Of a stretch of 64,000 nt of DNA, positions 52,551-64,000 are shown piece by piece (within the stretch, counting starts at the first letter, position 1; every line of letters begins with the position of its first letter). The position numbers and the translations under genes are program-made. The notes under the pieces were generated by a model. The model was not told where the DNA came from and ran no database searches. It saw nothing but the letters and a program-made list of their open reading frames with translations. Source of the stretch: Callorhinchus milii. Its lineage: Eukaryota. Location: NCBI RefSeq assembly GCF_018977255.1, contig NW_024704742.1, forward strand, positions 14,572,001 through 14,636,000, read 5' to 3'.

Positions 52551-54135
52551 AATGGGTGAATTCTCATCCTCTCTCTCCTATTCATATATTTACATTTATA
52601 TATTTACAGTATATTCTATAAAGTGCTTTGAGATGTCTTGACGATATGAACAGCGCTATATCAAATACAAGGATTGTTATTATTATTATTATTCTTTCCA
52701 ACATTGGAAGTGACCTGTATAATGGACTTTGACTTTTGTAATACAGAAGTCCATTACTTAAGAGCAGCTTGTATTCCCTTGATTTTATACAGCAATAGAA
52801 TCTTGTCCTCATTTCACTGCAGGTGTCCTTGCTGTTGCAAGGGAAGGTTGTTAAAAATAAAGGGAAGGTTGTTGAAATATGGTTGTTGCCTGTGGTTAGA
52901 GCAGAGGTTATGAACAAATACCTAGATTCCTAGAATATTAGTGAGGCATCTGTCAAACTAGCATTCTAATTGAGAAAGAGAATACAGATTTCTAGTGGAT
53001 AAGTATCTATGTCATCCCTGGTATTTGGGTTTGGTGTCCATTTGTGCATAATTGATACTTTCAGATTAGGGGAAAGGGGAGGACTTCATGATGGTTGCTT
53101 CCTTTTTTTAAAGCAAGTGATGCCTGAAATCTCTCTTCCCACAAGCAGCGATTTCATGCTGCTTGAGCCAGATTTCAAGCTTCTTGTCTTCATTTATTTT
53201 AAAAACATTACATTTAAAAGTTTAAACCCTGCTCCATCGGCCCCTTGCCAATGTCAAAAAAGTGGCTGCTGTGTCTGGAATTTGAGAAAGCCATGTATCA
53301 AGTGTAAGGATTGTTATTAACATATTATTATGTTCTCTAATAATAGAGAATACAGATTTCTAGTGGATAGGTATCTATATGATCCCTAATTATTATTAAT
53401 AATAATAATAAATGATTACGGTCTAGAAATTGGAAATGGGGAATGTGTTTGAGGACAAGGTCATGTGAGACTTCTAGTATCTCTGCCGGTCCTTATGCAA
53501 TGTGTTTACAAGGACCACAATTTTGTGTGTATAAACAATAAAGTTTGGTAAATTGGTGAAAGAGTGGATGAGCAGAGCAACCCAGTGATTTGTCTGGAGA
53601 TCATCCCAGATGTGTTGTGCAGCCAGGAAAGATGATCCAAACTTTCAAAGGATTTTTTGCTAGATTCCTGAGTAACAAGAAATTAAAATGGAGAGTTTCC
53701 TTGAATCAACTACCGTGCAAAATCCTATCTCCACTATTTGAGTGGAATGACAGATGTCCTAAAAAGCTAGACTAATCAATGAGACAGACCAATGAGTCTT
53801 CATTTCATTTCCTAACTAAATGCTGGGGGCACATTCCAGAAACTGAGTGTTCCTCCAATAAGGAATACCACTCATTAGGAAGCTTACAAATATATATTTT
53901 TTATGACTGTGCATCAAAGTAATTTACCTACAAAATGCCGTACTTATCACACTAAAAGTGACTTGAAGTTACACACGCAACATGCTAACTGGTGCCAAAC
54001 CCCAGGCTAGTTGTTATTACAAAAAACAGAGATTCATGATTGACTTGTCTGCTTACTTCACAAGATCACAAGATTGGTTTGAAATGAAGTGGTAATTTAG
54101 CCCCATTTGTTGAGAACTGCTAACTGATAACCATT

Positions 54136-55304
54136 TAGGAACATAGGAACAGGAGTAGGCCATTCAGCCCGTCAAGCCTGTTCCACCATTTAGTTAGATC
54201 ATGGCTGATCTATATCTCTACTAGAATTTCAAATCCAATTTCCTGCTTTCTCCCCGTATCCCTTAATACTCCGACCTACCAAAAATATGTCAATCTCTTT
54301 CTTGAAGGTGTGGATGGATCCAGCATCCACAACCTTTTGGGGGAGAGAATTCCAGATTTCTACCCACTTTGAGTAAAAAAATGCTTCCTAATTTCACTCT
54401 TAAATGGTCTGGTTCTAATTTTAAGACTATGCCCCCTTGTTTTGCATTCCTCCAACATAGGAAATAGCTTCTCTGCATCTACCCTATCAAATCCCTTTAT
54501 CATCCTAAAAACCTCTATCAAATCACCCCTCAATTTTCTAAACTCGAGGGAATACAATCCAAGTTTACGCAGCCTTTCCTCGTAACTTAACCCTTTTTGG
54601 CCTGGTAACATTCTGGTGAACCTGCGCTGCACCCCCTCCAGGGCCAATATATGTTTCCTGTGGTGTGATGCCCAAAACTGAACGCAGTACTCCAGGTGGG
54701 GTCTGACTAACGCTCTATACAGCTGAAGCATCATTTCTTCCCCTTTGTATTCCAGGCCTCTCGAGATAAAGGCCAACATACCGTTTGCCTTTTTGATTAT
54801 GTTTTGCACCTGGGAACTAGTTTTTAGTGATATGTGGATATAGACACCTAAATCTTTTTACTCTTCCACAGCTTTTAATTCCGCCCCGCTAAGAAAGTAT
54901 TCTGCCCTATCTTTTTTCAGTCCATAGTGGATGACCTTGCACTTCCCTACATTGAACTCCATCTGCCACAACTTTGCCCATTCATTTAGTCTGTCTAAGT
55001 CCCTCTGTAATTTGCTGCTCCCATTTTCACTACTTGCTGAGCCTCCCATCTTAGTGTCATCCACAAACTTGTATATAAGACTTTCTATTTCTTCATCCAA
55101 GTAATTTATGTATATGGCAAAAAGCTGAGATCCCAGTTCAGACCCCTGGGGGACACCACTTGTCATGTCCCCCCAATCAGAGAATGTTCCCTTAATCCCT
55201 ACCCTCTGTTTTCTGCCTCCCAACCAATTGCGAAGCTACATCACAAGGTTACCTCTGATTCCGTGCATTTCTATTTTTGCTAATCTTTTGTGTGAAACCT
55301 TATC
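54136..55304 (-). mobile_element. CR1-clade LINE, 5'-truncated, with a frameshifted reverse transcriptase C-terminal region
   Basis: ORFs 54858..55223 (SGVPQGS...KFVDDTK, a degenerate FADD) and 54360..54809 (LYRALVRPHLEYCVQFW...RGHSLK); tail taggaacataggaacaggagtaggccattcagccc. Confidence 0.93.
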
Positions 55305-55446
55305 AAGTTGTTGTTTGTTCTCATCCTTCCAGAATACCCTCTTTTCATCCTACCATTTCAGGATCAAGCCTTTTTTTAAAATGAGTTCAGTGTCCTGGCT
55401 TCAACCTCCCTTCTTGACAACCTGTTCCTGTTACCTTCAGTACCTA

Positions 55447-55762
55447 TAATAATAATAATCCTTGCATTTGATATAGTACCTCATCATGTCTTCTAGACGT
55501 CTCAAAGCACTTCACAGAATATACTGTAAAATGAATTGACGAAATGTTTTGTGGGTATAACGTGTCCCACAAACAGTCGTGGATTAAGTGACCAAATTAT
55601 TGTTAAAGCAATCCGCCAATCGACTAACAACAGCTCCTACTTACTGCTAGGTAAACAGTGGAGTACAGAAACATGCCCAACATTTTGCACTGCCCGGGAA
55701 TCAAACCTTGGTCCTCTCATTTGCAAGGCAAGTGCTCTAACTACTAAACTACAGGACACCAC
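55447..55762 (-). mobile_element. tRNA-derived SINE, near full length
   Basis: Tail, internal module and head (…ctacaggacaccac) are all present. Confidence 0.85.
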
Positions 55763-56867
55763 ACGTGGTCTTGCTGTTCTGTCTCAATGTTTATTCTGTA
55801 AAATGCATATCTTTAGGTTGCTGCAGTGATACATTATTTTAGACGTAGTTGGAGAATGGATAGACTTTAGGGTATGTTTAAATTAACATTAGTTTATGAT
55901 GTGCAGTGTTACTGGTGTGCGCTTTGTACATGTTTCACTGACATGTTTGTGCCTGTTTTGTGCACATCTGCTAACTGATTGTGTGTCTGCCTTACTAATG
56001 TTTCTCTTGTGGATGGCTCATAAGTAATTACATTCAAAGGACATACAGAAGGTTTGTGCCTGTGACCTATGTCACCCCAACTTGTCCTTTGCTCTGCAGC
56101 AGACCTTGACACTTTGAACCATTATAAGATGTTATCTTACATGAAGAGCACTGTATAAATGCAATTTGTTGTTGTTTGATTCTCAGACTCTCTGGTATTT
56201 TGAACCATAGAAATGCACAGCACAGAAGAAGGGAGTTTGACATATCATGTCTGGCTGGCTCTTGATTCAGTGCCATTTGCCTGCCTTTTCTCTTTACCCC
56301 TGAAAGTTATTCATTTCTAGATATCTATTTAGTTCCCAGTTGAAAGCTAATATGCATCCTGCTTCAATCACCTTACCCAGAACGGGATTCCATCTCTTAC
56401 AACTCTGTGTAAAAAATTCCTCCTAGTCTCACCCTTTACTCAATCGGGATACGTTTTACAAGTTCTCGGGCAAAATCTTTAAATATGAACATATCACCTC
56501 AGGGAAGTTAGTAACTGGCAGGCGTCTTATCCAATTTCATGTGCGACCTCCTGGTAGCTGATCACTGAGCCATAACAGCAGTTATGACTAACAGCCAGTT
56601 TAAAACCTAGTGTAAAAGTAATGATGGATAACAATTGAGAAACAGGTAGAAAAACATGTAAGTACATTTAAAAAAAAAATATATATTGTGTCAGAGATTC
56701 TTCTTGTAAAAATCTAGACAGCCACATGTAATGAATGAAAAAAGTGATCCGTTGAAATGTCAATGCGCAATATCAGAATGCAATACAGCTTAGCCACCAA
56801 GAAGTGGCAGCAGATACTCTTATATCACCCACTATAGAGTAAGTCAAATGCTGCTCTGTTCAGCAAT

Positions 56868-57065
56868 AATAACATTTATGTAGCGCCCTTAACGGAGCGT
56901 GGCATTGGGAACGCTTAACAGTGGTGGAGCCTGATGCCGAACAGGGGTAGGTGACCATAGGCACGGTCGAAAAGGAAGGTCTTCAGGCATGATTTGAAAA
57001 TGGGGAAGGAGGAGGCAAGGCGGAGGGATTGAGGGAGAGAGTTTCAGGGTGTAATGGCTGAAAGC
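56868..57065 (-). mobile_element. L2-clade LINE 3' fragment
   Basis: cgcttaacagtggtggagcctgatgccga...ggcacggtcgaaaaggaaggtcttcaggc, as at 38605-38960. Confidence 0.72.
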
Positions 57066-57845
57066 ACTTTTTATCAAATGGATACTTCTGCCTATAGATT
57101 ACTGTTGTGTAATTTGAACTGATATGTAATGTTGCTGTATGAAAGTAAAACTAACTTATGTTTTAAATTGTATTGCCTTTATTTATAAGCTCAGAGGGGC
57201 ATATTCATGAAACATATTGAATGAGGCAGAATAACTAATAAACAAATGTGAACGCGAAAGGAGAACTTAAAGGAATTTTTTCACAAAGAGTTGTAGGTGG
57301 AACGTACTGTTGAGTAGGGTGAGCGAGTTGGAGTGCATTGTGACTGTCAGGAGGGAATTAGATAGGCATAATATGAAAGAGATGGGCTTGAAGGGGTATG
57401 GGAATTCTCCTTGCTCTGTGAACAGGTACAGATTCAATGGGCCAAATAGCCTTCTTCTGCTTTGTAGATTTCTCTGTTTTTAAATATTTCTTGCATTTAA
57501 ATTAGTGTTTAATCACCACATTAAGGCTATTTTGTGGGTGAAATGTGTTCAGTAGCAATTTTTCAAAGTACTGTAGATAGCACAGAAACCAGTCAGAGCA
57601 GGAACCTTTGAGGTATCACAAGGTAGATTTAGTCATTCCAAATAATAGGATAACTGATATGTAATACTTTAAAATGATTCTGCTTCAAATGCTGTTTGCG
57701 ACACACGATTAAATTGGTTTTATTAATCTTCTGTTGCAAAATGCAAATATTAGGTTCGTATTTGTTGAGTAGAGGATAATATCTTATATTCAGTTTGATG
57801 GAGACATTCTACTGCAATTCAAATATATGTAACAATTTGTGATTT

Positions 57846-57985
57846 ATGCATATTCCATTCCTGACAAAGGAAATTTCCACACGTGGCTGGCATACATATG
57901 TGGAACTCTTAGTCTGGTTTGGATACTGCTCAACATGGTGATGGGTATCTGCATTTGTCCGACACCAGGCTGACCAAATGTAAAA
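57846..57985 (+). repeat. Unclassified repeat, 3' fragment
   Basis: ggaaatttccacacgtg...ggtttggatactgctcaacatggtgatggg...gacaccaggctgaccaaa. Confidence 0.7.
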
Positions 57986-58364
57986 TTATAGTTACGGTTA
58001 CAAGCCTGTGTTTTTGTGAAAAGATCAGAAGAAAAATATTTCCATTCCAAGGTTATTGGCTTGAAGCAAGTTTGTCAGTTAGATTTTTTTTTACAGTATA
58101 TTGCCCCAATACACAATGAGTGATATAAGCCCTATATGTTACATATAAATCAAATATGTCATATATATATGTAACATATTACATGTAACATATTACATAT
58201 ATGTCATCTGGTCTCTTCCGATTCCTGTAGGACATGTGTACTTTCCCACAGATGAGTCATCCCAGTCTTCTGTAATTCATTACGATTCAGTTACTCTTGC
58301 ACATTGCTTAACAGAACTTTTGGACTTACTGAGCCACATTGATTCCAGTCACACTAAAGCACAC

Positions 58365-58478
58365 CCTGGAATTTCCATGTGTAGGTGGGGCGCATGGAAA
58401 TCTCAGCTTGGTTTGGACACCCTTAAGCATGGTGATGGGTTTCCACATATCTCAGACACCCTGCTAACCAAAAAAAAA
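58365..58478 (+). repeat. Unclassified repeat, 3' fragment
   Basis: ggaatttccatgtgtaggtggg...ggtttggacacccttaagcatggtgatggg...gacaccctgctaaccaaaaaaaaa. Confidence 0.72.
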
Positions 58479-58861
58479 CACACCCTGCCCCTATGAGATC
58501 ATTTACGTTGGATCACATTGAATCATGCTTAGCATTTATGTCACACTGTCTGAGTATTCCTTCAGTATTGAAGGTTTTAGCTAACCTCATCAGTTAGTAT
58601 TCTCATCATACTGAGATTATAGTTAATAATTGCCTCACCTCATTTCTTTTGTACACCCTTGTTCATATATTGGACCTACAGATTTAGGAAAGCTTCCATT
58701 GCAATTTTGCTAGTGCTGAAAACCTCTCAGGTTGAGATAGTTCAATATTCATTGAATAAATTTGGAGAGGAAATAATCTACAATATCAGCGCCCAGAACA
58801 TTTCAGACAGCTTTGACCAAAGTCCTTTTCAAAGTGGAGGCAGGGAGGGTATTTTATATTT

Positions 58862-59147
58862 ACAAATTTCCTTACTCCACATGCCTAGCAGTAAGTAGGA
58901 ACTTGGTTGTTAGTTGATTCACGGATTGTTTTTGCAGGGGTAATAATTCCCTCACAAAAAATAATAATAATAATAAATTGGTCACTCAATGCACGAATGT
59001 TTATGGGACACTGCTGTTCGCAATTGGCTCCTGCATTTCGCCCACAAAATATACAGTCAATTCACTTACAGTATATTCTGTGAAGCGCTTTGAGACATCT
59101 TAAAGACGTGATAAGGCACTATATCAAATGCAAGGATTATTATTATT
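58862..59147 (+). mobile_element. tRNA-derived SINE lacking its head
   Basis: tttccttactccacatgcctagcagtaagtagg...gcactatatcaaatgcaaggattattattatt. Confidence 0.85.
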
Positions 59148-59626
59148 AGAACCAAATCCTTGAATTAAGGCATGGAATGTGTTTAGAGAAATCATGATTT
59201 TGACTCCTTTTAGATTGTTTCCATTTAGCCTAAACATTATCAGTGGTAGTTTCTCCACTCACGCTGACAAACAAAGTAGAGGTGGTGTAAAGCAGAAGTG
59301 CACGAACTCTCGAATAACTCTCACAAAACCTCTTCACTGCGAAAGGCGTGGTTACTTTACATTTCCTTTGTTAATTATAATACTCTTCAGCCATAGCAAC
59401 AGGAAACAAATATCATAACCAATTATTACCTTTTTAACTTTGTTCAAGGGAAAAATAATACTATTTTGAGACACAAATAGGTTTGAAAATTCATTGTCGA
59501 GGATTATGTCACCGGCCAGTGCTTTCATTTATTAGCCTATCAATAAAGGGGAAGAGGTGACAACCGTTTTAGATAATGAAAAATAAGAATTGTCTATTTT
59601 GGCTTCCCAGCGTTTGTGTCAGTTAC

Positions 59627-59865
59627 TTTTTTTGGTCGGCAGGGATGTGTGAGGCACATGAGGAAACGCATTACCCTTCTTAAGAGTATTCAAACCAGAT
59701 GGAGAATTTCACATATGTACAAATTTCCATGTCTAGAATGGAATATGCACTCTCTCCCTAAAGGGACACACACTGCATCTGGAACATATGAGACACAGGT
59801 TGGCAAGAGCCCAGAATCTGTGTTGGTTCACTGCTGGAGTCTAACCAGCTAAAACCACATAGAGC
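59627..59865 (-). repeat. Unclassified repeat, 3' half
   Basis: ttttttggtcggcaggg...cttaagagtattcaaacc...caggttggcaagagcc...ctgctggagtctaacc. Confidence 0.72.
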
Positions 59866-62124
59866 GCACTGTCTAGAAAGCTTCCCCTGCCTGAAGCCAG
59901 TTTCTGTAATTTTCTTTTAAGAACTACAGAATAACAGTTTCAAAGTTACAATTGAAGTCAACACATTGCCAAAATCTGGACACTGTGAAACACTGCAGAA
60001 ACAGAATAAATCTAGATGCATGTGGAATTTCACCCCCATTGAACTTTTAACTGTCAGGCTTATCTCAGATGCCTTTCAGAAACGCAATATCAGAATCAAC
60101 ATATTATCTTGAGTCTCTTAGGTAAAGGTAGTCCTATAGGCAGTCTGGTAGTAGCAGATACTGCAGTTAGACTACTGCTCCACAAGGTAGCAGACTTTGG
60201 TACTCCAGGAGGCCAGTGCTTGCTTTTATATGGATCTCTTTCAGCGAAATGATTTGCAATATTTGTAAACAGATGGTGTGGGCTGGATTGCTGACTAAGA
60301 AATCACTTCCCCCACCTCACAGATTGATTGAAGCTTCATGACCTCTATGTTCTACAGTGTGAGACTAACCGAATACCAGTAGAATACTTGAACCTTTGTG
60401 TTTGTAAATTTATTCTAATCCAGTTTTGTGGGTAAGGCCATATTTGGAATGTTTGTTGAGATTTTGGACACTCAGATTTCTAAGCAGTATAAGTCCTGTG
60501 ATCTCACTTCATAGTTCAGTCCAGACACAGACACCAGTAAACAGCTTTCTGATCATTGTGTTTCTGGCTTAGCTCTTGGGGCACTACTGCAAAGATAACT
60601 AATTTCAGTGCACCCATTCTCCTTTTGTTTATCAGATACTTTGCTTTTCTGCACAGCTACAAAGAAAAAACAGGTCAGGGGTAGACTTGGGTGATCTAGC
60701 GATGTGATCAATTCAAACTTTACTGTTCAATCTCCAGACTGACTGGAAACCATAGCTGTGAGATCATATTATAGCCATTTAGGGGCTGATGTTTAAATAT
60801 GTGGATCCCAACATCAAAATAGTATGAAGCTGAAGGCGTAAAATACAGGCAAGGCTTTAAATTATAAAATATAAGTTGAGTAAAGCACCACAGGGGGAAA
60901 AAAATAGGGGAAAAAAGACAGAACTAGAGCAACCTTTTTTTAAAAATAGAAAATAATTTCTCTACAATCTTCTCCCCTCAATTCCAGAAGCACTTCCTGG
61001 AGTCAGTTCCACATGTGTCATCAGTGCCATGCTTAACACGTCTGTGCTGGTGCTTACTCCCCTATAGTAGCTGTTTATTTTAATTCTATTCCTCCTTTCC
61101 TGCACTTTTAACATAAATTTCCTGAAGTATTTAACTAATTCCCTTTCAAATGCTGTTATGGACTGTAAGATCTTTCTCTTGTGGTGTGACTGACCTGCGA
61201 CGCTACTTCCCTGACCCCACTCTCTTCTGCTCAGAAAACAATGGCCAACTTGGCATCACTTACACAATTTACTCCATCAGTCATTCTAACCCCTCTTCTC
61301 TGGAACTCCACCTGGAGTACCTCAGCTTTGCTCTGTCTTTTCCCTCTTTCAAACCCACCTTAAGATTTATCATGTCAATTGTGCTTCTGGCCATCTTCCT
61401 TCCTTCTTTACCCCCACTGACTCTCAGCTTCTCCCTTTCCCCTATCTTTGAGCCATCCTCCCAAAATGAAAGGCACTACATAAATATAAATTGTTGTTAT
61501 TTTAAAAAGAGAACAAATAACAACAATCACAGAGCATTAGAAATTAGTTGTTTTTTCACTGTGTGGATGGATTAAGTCTGACATTTGTTTTCATTGCACC
61601 AGGAGATGTACCCATAGTTAGTTTAGATTATTTATTTATACACTATCAGCTGTATTTCTGCCAGTTCAGTTGGACACAGCATAATTGTCACGGTCTTCAA
61701 ATGTCATGCATTTGATGAATAGTGACCGGTCACCTTGATTGTTCCCCTGTGGTCAAGTTCATGGAGGCAGCTCATTTGGATAGGGACTTGACAGGGAATA
61801 ATGAACAGTCATGGGATATTCTAAAATTGTTACTCTAAAAATAAACCTCAGTCCACTAAAGGACTGTATCTGCCTATGCTGTTTATATGCTAGAAATGCC
61901 TTAGAGAATTGTTGCTGAATGTTTATTAAAAAAAGCGCAAATGTTAATTAAGTTTGCAAATCCTGCTCACACCTCCTAGTTAATGGATCTTAAAGACTAG
62001 TTTCTTTTACAGGCTATTTTAAAAGTATATGCTATGCACTGATTTACGAATGGAACCCTTAATGTCTTCAGTATGCTATCGTTATGCTTTTGGCCTGACC
62101 TACAACTCACTTTCTTTTATTTAG

Positions 62125-62706
62125 CAGAAGCAAGGGGGTTTCTATTCTGTGACACCATCAGGCAAGCTACCACCAAGCTATCCACGGCGATTTTCTGAAG
62201 CACAGACAGTGCAGCAGACAACAAGCAAATTGTCAGGAAGATCGGCTTCTTTGTCGGATAAACCCCGGTTGAAGAAGCTGACGCCGTGGGATGCAGCAGC
62301 ACAGTCTGCCGTTGGCTCAGTGGAGGATGCATTTTCCTCCAGAAATATACAAGAGTCAATAGTGAAGAATGTTGTTTCGGCAGCTCGTCGGAAGACGTTA
62401 CCCGAGCCCCCAGAGGAATGGAAAGCACGGGTAGCCTACGAACCCCCATCCCCTGGTGGATACTCCTCCATGGCAACTTTCAACGTGAGGCGACCGTCTA
62501 ACATCATATCACCTGTCAAAAGCACAGTGTCTGCTCCTGAATCCTCAATACAGGAGGGATCAGTGCACAAGCGTTCATTTAGTTATCAGCGATCACTGAC
62601 CGACTCCGATATCTCCACGAGCGTGTGCTCCGATCCCGGATCAGGGAAGCACAAGACTGATCCAAATTATAACCCTTATCCTCGGGGCTGGAGAAAGCAA
62701 AGATGA
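62125..62706 (+). CDS. SYNPO2: SYNPO2 alternative last coding exon (long isoform, ~1304 aa)
   Basis: Pyrimidine tract tttcttttatt then TAG|CAG|AAG acceptors in phase 0; encodes TPWDAAAQS...SRNIQESIVKNVVSAARRKTLP...YNPYPRGWRKQR*, a podin-family C-terminus; TGA at 62704-62706. Confidence 0.9.
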   Translation, partial: QKQGGFYSVTPSGKLPPSYPRRFSEAQTVQQTTSKLSGRSASLSDKPRLKKLTPWDAAAQSAVGSVEDAFSSRNIQESIVKNVVSAARRKTLPEPPEEWKARVAYEPPSPGGYSSMATFNVRRPSNIISPVKSTVSAPESSIQEGSVHKRSFSYQRSLTDSDISTSVCSDPGSGKHKTDPNYNPYPRGWRKQR

Positions 62707-63801
62707 GCGCATGAATCAAAGGGAATCTTGACACGAGTCTGGATGTGTAGTGTGCTATCAGGAGAGGGCTCTGAATCTGAAAGTAAAATCAAAGAAGGAA
62801 AAGGGACAAACGAGCTACAGCATCGGGTGGGCACAATCCTCAGTGTTGATTTTCTGTAATATCTTGCAACCTGCAAAATGTTTTTTATAGCACATATTCT
62901 AGCAAGATTACAAATTGCTTAAATAATATCTAAGAATGAATACCGTGATAATCACAAAGCTTTTGTATACAGTGCGTATGCAATGATTTGATACTGTACT
63001 ATTATGTGGTTTGGTTTGGAGATAGTGTCACAGAGTCAAGTTGCTGAGTGGGGAAACTGAAGACTTTTAGGAAAAATTGATGAGCGATGAAACACTTCAA
63101 TAATATAATAGTGGGCGTTCACTACATTGCATTTGATATAGCGCCTTATCACTTTGTTGAGACATCTAATGTGCTTCATAGGATATACTATAAAGTGAAT
63201 TGACTGTGTATTTTGTGGGCGAAAAGCGGCAGCCAATTGCAAACACGTGCATTTCAGGTGTTATTGTAGGTACAGTATATTCAGTTTTGCTTAAATGTAA
63301 CAATAATACATCAGAGAACCATTCGATCTCTGGCAAGCGCATCTGGAATTAGAGCAGCCTGGGAGCATTGGCAGACTGTACCACATTTGAGGAGATTATG
63401 AGAGGAATTACACAAGACTGCTCCAGACAAACTCCAGCAGAGGACGAGAGATATGATAAATCATCAAAATGAAGCTTGAGATTGTGGTTATGCCCTTGTA
63501 ATACACTTCTAATCGTTTGACTGATGCAATTTCAATTTCTTTTAAAAATGAAAAAATATTCTGACCTACTTCTTATGAGGACTTGTCCATTATTTCTTGG
63601 ATAGAGGATGACAGCTTTTTTTAAATGGAAAAATCAATCAGAAGGAGGCAGTATCTCAAAACAAAGGGAATGTTCAACAGAATGTCTTTTAGTTGCTTTT
63701 GTGTTACTCAGAAATACAATGTGCCATGGATTCCACACATAGGATTCTGTATACAAATGGTAAGGTTTGAAAAACTGTCTTTCAGAAAAAATTAATCAAA
63801 A

Positions 63802-63807
63802 AATAAA
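63802..63807 (+). terminator. Candidate polyadenylation signal for the long isoform
   Basis: AATAAA about 1.1 kb after the distal stop, in A-rich context; could be chance. Confidence 0.3.
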
Positions 63808-63943
63808 GCCCGCATTACAAGCCGTGTATTGAAAAAAATCAGAGCTTACAATCTTTTAAGCATGGTAACTGCTATGAATACCTATGAAACTGATTCAGTG
63901 TAGACATTGAAAGCAGCAGAAAATATTTTATAAGTTTAGCATC

Positions 63944-64000
63944 ATGTGAAGTCCTGTAGCTCAGTGGTTAGAGCACTTGCTTGGCAAGCGAGAGATCTGG
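63944..64000 (+). mobile_element. tRNA-derived SINE head, cut by the window end
   Basis: gtcctgtagctcagtggttagagcacttgcttggcaagcgagagatctgg. Confidence 0.8.

Larger units (their letters stand above)
5402..62706 (+). other. SYNPO2: Synaptopodin-2 (myopodin) gene, coding span from ATG to the distal stop; 5 coding exons, two alternative C-termini
   Basis: Exons join in frame (105+152+824+2252 nt = 1111 codons, then 9 aa+stop or 193 aa+stop). N-terminal PDZ domain plus SYNPO2-type motifs VVELQLSL, HKHRAR, RRSESLSEKQVKEAKSKCKSIALLLT, PPPPPY, PSLPASWKYSSNIRAPPP and NIQESIVKNVVSAARRK. Confidence 0.95.

Noticed and set aside
62707..64000. Possible start of the expected neighbour MYOZ2
   Set aside because: No myozenin-like coding sequence is visible; the region looks like 3' UTR plus SINE fragments.
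1..64000. A novel prokaryote-style system (operon, CRISPR, defence island)
   Set aside because: The sequence is an intron-rich vertebrate locus; the non-SYNPO2 ORFs are short and either repeat-derived or random.

Overview
This is eukaryotic (vertebrate) genomic DNA, not prokaryotic. The window holds one protein-coding gene, synaptopodin-2 (SYNPO2/myopodin), on the + strand. Its coding exons are 5402-5506, 35417-35568, 41649-42472 and 44697-46948/46978, plus an alternative last exon at 62125-62706. All introns are GT-AG and the phases join into one open frame. Two C-terminal isoforms are predicted: about 1120 aa by exon 4 read-through (ending VWKPFSIVE*) and about 1304 aa by splicing to the distal exon (ending YNPYPRGWRKQR*). 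The rest is intronic or upstream DNA rich in decayed CR1 and L2 LINE fragments, a tRNA-headed SINE with an L2-type tail, older Deu-type SINEs, a MITE-like element, a Harbinger transposase remnant and an unclassified ~500-bp repeat (7 copies). This repeat mix suggests a cartilaginous fish, possibly a chimaera (inference). I found no convincing novel multi-gene system. The best leads are the unclassified structured repeat, a SYNPO2L-like motif retained in exon 3, the triplicated myozenin-like motif, the splicing architecture, clusters of CArG/MCAT sites and several perfect palindromes. Repeat boundaries are by eye and approximate, and comparisons to human proteins and repeat consensus sequences are from memory.
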